From the NCBI RefSeq assembly GCF_028368995.1, contig NZ_JAQNDL010000001.1, forward strand, positions 2,272,001 through 2,336,000: a stretch of DNA of 64,000 nt. Direction: 5' to 3'. How positions within the stretch are numbered: the first letter of the stretch is position 1; every line of letters begins with the position of its first letter. The stretch comes from Nannocystis bainbridge (GTDB lineage: Bacteria; Myxococcota_A; Polyangia; Nannocystales; Nannocystaceae). Under the pieces are notes generated by a model that saw only the letters and a program-made list of their open reading frames with translations, searched no databases and was not told the origin of the DNA. The position numbers and the translations under genes were made by a program. Below, piece after piece: positions 60,139 through 64,000 of this stretch.

Positions 60139-60568
60139 TGAGCGACAGCGGATGCACCGGCAGGCCGCGCTCGACCGCGGCGAACAGCTCCTCGACCTCT
60201 TCCCCGCGCAGCGGCAGCGCCCGCAGCTCGGCCAGCGTGACCCACCGCGCCTCGAGCGAGTGCTCGTCGGCGTGCGACTTGGGCGGGCGATCGTCGACGG
60301 GCTCGGCGGTGAAGAACACCCGCACCCGCGTCATCTCGGCGTGGGCCGTGTGCTCGATCCGCAGCACGCCCGTCAGCGCGACGGGGATGCCCGTCTCCTC
60401 GAGCACCTCGCGGGCCGCGCCTTCGAGCAGCGCCTCTCCCTGCTCGACGCGCCCCGCGGGCAGGTACCAGAGCTGACCGTGCTTGACCTCGTGGACGACC
60501 AGGAACCGGTCGGCGCGGCGGACCACCACGAGGGCGAAGTAGTACGAGGGGACAGCGGGGCGCGGCAT
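60110..60568 (-). CDS. NUDIX hydrolase
   Basis: Nudix box GRVEQGEALLEGAAREVLEETG; start MPRPAVPS. Confidence 0.92.
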   Translation of the reverse strand: MPRPAVPSYYFALVVVRRADRFLVVHEVKHGQLWYLPAGRVEQGEALLEGAAREVLEETGIPVALTGVLRIEHTAHAEMTRVRVFFTAEPVDDRPPKSHADEHSLEARWVTLAELRALPLRGEEVEELFAAVERGLPVHPLSLITSEGAPWR

Positions 60569-60779
60569 GTCGCGGCCGAGAGTACGACCGGCCGCCGCGC
60601 CGGCGCCAGAGCACGCGACCGCGGGCGGCCGATCGGGCCGCCAGTGCCTCCTGCGCCGCCGCAGGCGCGCGCCGACTCGCGCCGCGCACACCCCGTGAGC
60701 AGCGCTCGCACCCGTGTCGTCGCCAGACCTCGGAGCGAGGCCTGCGAACGCGCTCGCCTCGCTGCCGACCCCTGTCTAT

Positions 60780-60856
60780 GACCTGCCTTCAAGAACATGC
60801 CCTTCACGACATGCCCCCATGAACATGCCCTTCATGACATGTCCTCGACGACATAC
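60780..60856. repeat. Tandem 14-bp repeat array (RACATGYCCTYCAN-like), six units
   Basis: CCTG 60782; CATG at 60796, 60810, 60824, 60838; CATA 60852. Confidence 0.9.
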
Positions 60857-60871
60857 CGGATGATCACCGCG

Positions 60872-61960
60872 TCACAGCAAGCAGCCCGGCTGCTCGCGGT
60901 CGCAGCAGACGCAGGCGGCCTCGTCCCTCCGGATCGCGCAGCGCCCGGAGTCCCTCGGCGTGCCCTCGGGGTCGCCGACCTGGCGGCAGTGCTGCACGCA
61001 GTTGGTCGCGGCCAGCTTGCCGCGCACGCAGGCGACCATCGCGGCGCCGTCGCAGTAGGCGTCGCTGGTCTCCTCGACGCACGCGGTGCCGGGGCCGAAG
61101 CCGCACCCGAGCTCGCCGCTGCCCTCCACCGGCACGCCGGCGGGGTCGTAGGCGAAATCAAAACCCTTGTCCTGGCACAGCTCGTCGGCCGTGCGCAACA
61201 CCGGCCCCGCCCCGGGCAGCCGCGGGTCCTCGCCGCGCCACGGCACCTTCGGCGCCATCACGTGCCATAGCGCGGTCCACGTCTGCCAGTCGTGCCCGCC
61301 CGGGCGGGTGAACACGCGCTCCGGCGGCAGCATGCGCCCCAGCAGCGCCCGCCCGCGGTCGCCGTCCTCGGTCCCGTAGGCGAGGAAGATCGGCGGGTTC
61401 TTGGCCGCGCTCGCCTGCTTGAGCCAGCGCCAGATCTCGTAGTCCCACGGCCCCGCCTCGGCCTGCGGCTGCCACTGCTCCACGCCGGTCTCCTCGATCG
61501 GCTTCAGCGTGCGCCGGCGCCCGAGGTACGGCGCCATCAGGACCACGCCGCTGATCTCGCCCGGGTGCATCGACGCCGTCCAGATCGCCCCCATCCCGCC
61601 CATCGACAGCCCGACCAACCACACGCGCGCGTAGCCGGCCGCGCGCGCCGGTGCGACGACGTCGGTCCACAGCCGCGTCTCGGTCGACTGCTCGGCGTAA
61701 TAGCCCGAGTGCGCGTCGGCCAGGATCACGTCGACGCCCGCGGCCTCGATCTCGGCGACGAAGCCGTGGCGCACGAACTCCTGCGGCGCGTCGCCGTGGC
61801 CTTGCAGCAAGATCGCCACCGTGTCGCTGCGCTCACCCGCGTGGGCCCGCAGCTCGCTGTGGCGCATCGGCACCTGGGTCGCGAGGGGGAACGGACAGGC
61901 CGCCAGCGCCGCGACCGCGAGCGCGCCGAGGCCGGCGCCGATCCTCAGAACCTGGCTCAT
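60872..61960 (-). CDS. Alpha/beta-hydrolase lipoprotein with a Cys-rich C-terminal domain
   Basis: Lipobox LAAC, nucleophile GLSMGG, YGTED, GGHDW; about ten Cys in the last ~100 aa. Confidence 0.82.
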   Translation of the reverse strand: MSQVLRIGAGLGALAVAALAACPFPLATQVPMRHSELRAHAGERSDTVAILLQGHGDAPQEFVRHGFVAEIEAAGVDVILADAHSGYYAEQSTETRLWTDVVAPARAAGYARVWLVGLSMGGMGAIWTASMHPGEISGVVLMAPYLGRRRTLKPIEETGVEQWQPQAEAGPWDYEIWRWLKQASAAKNPPIFLAYGTEDGDRGRALLGRMLPPERVFTRPGGHDWQTWTALWHVMAPKVPWRGEDPRLPGAGPVLRTADELCQDKGFDFAYDPAGVPVEGSGELGCGFGPGTACVEETSDAYCDGAAMVACVRGKLAATNCVQHCRQVGDPEGTPRDSGRCAIRRDEAACVCCDREQPGCLL

Positions 61961-61994
61961 GGGACACCTCTCCGCGCGGCAAACCTATCACCGT

Positions 61995-64000
61995 TCAGCG
62001 GCGGCGCCACAACACGCGGCGGGTCCACTCGCTGGCGGCGATCCGGAGGTCGTCGAAGTAGGTGTACGCGACCGGCACGACCACCAGCGTCAGCACCGTC
62101 GCGGTCGTCATGCCGCCGACGAGGGTCTTGCCGAACGGGCCGTAGTCGAGGCCCTCGCCGTTGGGGGTGGTGAACGCGAGCGGGATCATGCCGCCGACGG
62201 TCGTCAGCGCGGTCATCAAGATCGGGCGGAACCGCTGCATGCCGGCCTGGACGATCGCCTCCTCGCGCGACAGCCCCGAGGCGCGGGCGCTGTTGATGAA
62301 GTCGACCAGGACGATGCCGTTGTTGACCACCACGCCGAGCAGCAGGAGGATCCCGATCACCGCCAGGGCGTCGATCGGCGAGCCGGTGAGCATCAAGAAC
62401 CACCACACGCCGATGAACGACAGCGGGATCGACGGCAGCACGCTCATCGGCAGGATGAAGCTCTCGAACAGGAAGCCCATCACCAGGAAGATGAAGGCTG
62501 TCGAGAGCACCATCGCCCCGACCATGTCGTTGCGCAGGGTGTCGGTCTCGCGCGTGTCGTGGTCGGCGTCGAAGCTGATGCCCGCGGGCAGGCGGTAGGT
62601 GGCGATGAACTTGCGCAGCTTGTCCATCACCTCGAGCCGGCCCTCCTCGGCCAGCTCGAGCCGGATCATCGCCGCCACCCGCTTGTCGTTGCGGATCAGC
62701 GCCTGCTCGCCCTTCTGCACCGTCATCTCGGTCAGCACCCGCACCGGCACCACCGTGCCCGGCTTCTTCTCGCTCGGGACCTTGAACTCGAGCAGCTCGC
62801 CGAGCTGCTCGCGGTCCTCCTTGCGGTAGCGGATCCGGACCTCGATCTCGCGGTCCTCGGTGGCGCTCTGGAACCGCGGCAGCACCTGCCCGCGGATCGC
62901 GTAGGCGATCGAGCTGGCGATGTTGCCGGCCGGGATGCCGAACCGCTCGGTCATCGTCCGGTCGACCGCCAGCGCCAGCTCGTCGCGGCGGACCGCGTCG
63001 GCGCCGCGGTTCGACACCCCGAGCACGCCCGGCTGCAGCAGCAGCGCCGTCTGCAGCGCCTCGCGGGCCTCCTGCACCGAGCGGTGGTCGTCGCCGTACA
63101 GCGTGACCATGAAGGTGTTGTCCTGGCCGCCGTCGGCCCCGCCGAAGCGGGCCTCCTTCACCCAGCCGGGCCGGCTGGGCATCTTGTCGTAGACCTCCTG
63201 GCGGACCTCGTTGAACGGGCGCTCGCCGGGCTGCTGCGGCTCGAAGAACACCTGCACCTGGGCGAAGCTGCCGTCGAAGCCGATGTACTGGCCGGAGATC
63301 CGGTAGTCGTCCTTGACCGCCGCGATCGACCGCTCGACGTCGCCGAAGAAGGCCTCGGCCTCCGGCTTGGTGACGTCGGACGGCATCGAGTAGTAGGTCC
63401 AGAAGTTGCGCGTGCCCATGTTCTCGCCGTTCGAGAACTTGACGTGCTGCATCGGGATGGCGCAGGTCGCCAGCAACAACAGCAGCGACGGGATCACGAC
63501 GTCGATGCGCCGCCGCAGGCTGCCGCGCAGCAGCGCCCCGTACCACCCGTTGAGCCGCCCGAGCGTGGCCGCGTACAGCCGCCCCATCCACTGCTTCCAC
63601 CACACGTCGACCGCCAGCACGGCGCGCCAGCGCTCGCCCCGGCGGCGCAGCGGGTCGGCGTCGCCGAGGGCCATGGCGCTCGTCATCGGCACCAGCACCA
63701 GCGCCACGAACAGGCTGGCCAGCAGCGACACGCACACCGGCGTGACCATGCGGATCATGAAGAACTGCGTCGGCCCCGAGCTCAGCAGCGCCGCCGGGGC
63801 GAACACGATCATCGTCGTCAGCGTCGCCAGCGTGATCGGCAGCGCCACCTCGGAGCCGCCGTGCAGCGCCGCCGCGTACGGGCCCATGCCGCGCTCGCGG
63901 TAGCGGTCGATGTTCTCCGCGACCACCACCGAGTTGTCGACCACCAGCCCGACGCAGATCATCAGCCCGAGCAGCGAGATGATGTTGATCGACTGGTCGA
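61995..64000 (-). CDS. RND efflux transporter permease (AcrB/AcrD/AcrF family), 3' part; start lies beyond the window
   Basis: GLVVDNSVVVAENI, LFESFILP, GVVVNNGIVLVD, RFRPILMTALTT. Confidence 0.93.
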   Translation of the reverse strand, partial: DQSINIISLLGLMICVGLVVDNSVVVAENIDRYRERGMGPYAAALHGGSEVALPITLATLTTMIVFAPAALLSSGPTQFFMIRMVTPVCVSLLASLFVALVLVPMTSAMALGDADPLRRRGERWRAVLAVDVWWKQWMGRLYAATLGRLNGWYGALLRGSLRRRIDVVIPSLLLLLATCAIPMQHVKFSNGENMGTRNFWTYYSMPSDVTKPEAEAFFGDVERSIAAVKDDYRISGQYIGFDGSFAQVQVFFEPQQPGERPFNEVRQEVYDKMPSRPGWVKEARFGGADGGQDNTFMVTLYGDDHRSVQEAREALQTALLLQPGVLGVSNRGADAVRRDELALAVDRTMTERFGIPAGNIASSIAYAIRGQVLPRFQSATEDREIEVRIRYRKEDREQLGELLEFKVPSEKKPGTVVPVRVLTEMTVQKGEQALIRNDKRVAAMIRLELAEEGRLEVMDKLRKFIATYRLPAGISFDADHDTRETDTLRNDMVGAMVLSTAFIFLVMGFLFESFILPMSVLPSIPLSFIGVWWFLMLTGSPIDALAVIGILLLLGVVVNNGIVLVDFINSARASGLSREEAIVQAGMQRFRPILMTALTTVGGMIPLAFTTPNGEGLDYGPFGKTLVGGMTTATVLTLVVVPVAYTYFDDLRIAASEWTRRVLWRRR

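Noticed and set aside
29306-60568. ThpR, 5'-nucleotidase and NUDIX as an RNA-repair cluster linked to the ncRNA
   Set aside because: The genes are scattered over 30 kb among unrelated genes; no rtcB, rtcA or TROVE gene is present.

Overview
GC-rich chromosomal window, most likely from a myxobacterium (Nannocystis/Polyangia-like). This is inferred from a MYXO-CTERM-type tail, many Cys-rich lipoproteins, an FHA-AAA regulator and a myxobacterial ECF-sigma triad. About 50 genes can be supported. Housekeeping genes include groES-groEL with a CIRCE-like operator and terminator, panB-panC, lnt, two class I aminotransferases plus an omega-amidase, a UbiB/ABC1 kinase, RegB/RegA, ThpR, a cN-II 5'-nucleotidase and YjbQ. 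There are several secreted or lipoprotein clusters (DUF1501 plus a CxxCH protein; NHL/beta-propeller/MYXO-CTERM) and a SWIM - unknown - VWA - MoxR AAA - DUF5682 operon. No transposase, integrase, CRISPR array, rRNA or canonical tRNA was seen. Two signals are not explained by ordinary gene annotation. (1) Directly downstream of a conserved 253-aa gene of unknown function (58454-57693, minus) lies a ~450-nt highly structured non-coding region. It holds two circularly permuted tRNA-like modules and two 30-nt tracts of 5 x 6-nt repeats, and is a candidate undescribed protein-ncRNA system. (2) A palindromic GACATGTC-type motif recurs in exact 14-bp phase at about 20 loci across the window, both between genes and inside coding sequences. 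Family names come from motif recognition and memory, not from database searches.
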